Shown in pieces: positions 63,468 through 64,000 of a DNA stretch of 64,000 nucleotides. The notes beneath the pieces were generated by a model. It was not told the origin of the DNA, did no database searches, and saw only the letters and a list, made by a program, of their open reading frames with translations. The stretch is taken from positions 2,394,861 through 2,458,860 of the forward strand of contig NW_019091359.1 in assembly GCF_001949145.1 (NCBI RefSeq), given 5' to 3'. The position numbers were made by a program, and so were the translations under genes. This DNA comes from Acanthaster planci. Its lineage: Eukaryota. How positions within the stretch are numbered: position 1 is the first letter of the stretch; every line of letters starts with the position of its first letter.

Positions 63468-63836
63468 TTACTCGTCTCCATATTCCAGATCGTCGTCATC
63501 TTCATCATCGTATTCATCGTCGTCGTCATCGTCTGGCTGCGGCGCTGTCTGGGGGTGGTGATGCTGCTGAGCCTGCTGCTGTTGTTGCATGTGCATCCTC
63601 TGCAGCTGCATCTGCTGGTGGGCAGCGGCGGCCTGCGCACTGCCATTGTAGCTGTTGGCTATGCCCAGCCCCACCTGACCAAACTGCTGCTGCTGTTGCC
63701 GGTGCTGCTGTTGGGCTTGGTGTTGCTGCTGGGCTTGTTGCTGTACCTGTTGTTGCTGCATGGTGGCAGCTTGCATGTGGCTCATGCTTGGCTGAGAGGA
63801 CTGAGTTGGTGCTTTGTGGGGCTCTGGAATACCCTT
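63468..63836 (-). CDS. Terminal coding exon of an unidentified gene (polyQ/His-rich region followed by an acidic D/E tail); upstream exons lie outside the window
   Basis: Polypyrimidine tract and AG acceptor at 63838-63837. The in-frame translation is KGIPEPHKAPTQSSQPSMSHMQAATMQQQQ...PDDDDDDEYDDEDDDDLEYGDE*. Confidence 0.75.
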   Translation of the reverse strand, partial: KGIPEPHKAPTQSSQPSMSHMQAATMQQQQVQQQAQQQHQAQQQHRQQQQQFGQVGLGIANSYNGSAQAAAAHQQMQLQRMHMQQQQQAQQHHHPQTAPQPDDDDDDEYDDEDDDDLEYGDE

Positions 63837-64000
63837 CTACAAATGACACAAGAAAAAGTAAAAAAAAAAAACATTTCTTTCTTATGCATACATTAATACA
63901 GAGGGCTATGTCAAGGTCTATTCGATCAATCTCAAGCTGAAGTGCACCCTCCCAAGCAAAGAAGAGACAGAGATGGGAAATTTCTCACAAGCGAACACCA

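Overview
Intron-rich eukaryotic (metazoan) genomic DNA from a gapped draft assembly. Gene content and repeat style suggest an invertebrate deuterostome such as an echinoderm (inference). Genes were spliced by hand from splice sites and exon phases. (1) A decayed copy of an adhesion GPCR (1-3314, minus). (2) An 8-exon, 325-aa type II membrane protein whose whole ectodomain resembles a bacterial family-3 amino-acid solute-binding protein (4418-11286, plus); this is the most unusual gene in the window. (3) An apparently intact adhesion GPCR with signal peptide, mucin stalk, HRM, GAIN/GPS and 7TM (15692-26894, minus), preceded by a deletion-bearing duplicate of its 3' end. (4) A core-2/I-branching beta-1,6-GlcNAc transferase (GT14) with a single coding exon. 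(5) An intronless orphan class A GPCR lacking the conserved disulfide. (6) FBH1 (F-box DNA helicase 1), with 20 coding exons and one GC-AG intron. (7) The last exon of an unidentified polyQ/acidic-tail gene with a probably long 3' UTR. Non-coding DNA holds many MITEs (hAT-like, Tc1-like, nested and palindromic), tRNA-derived SINEs and minisatellites.
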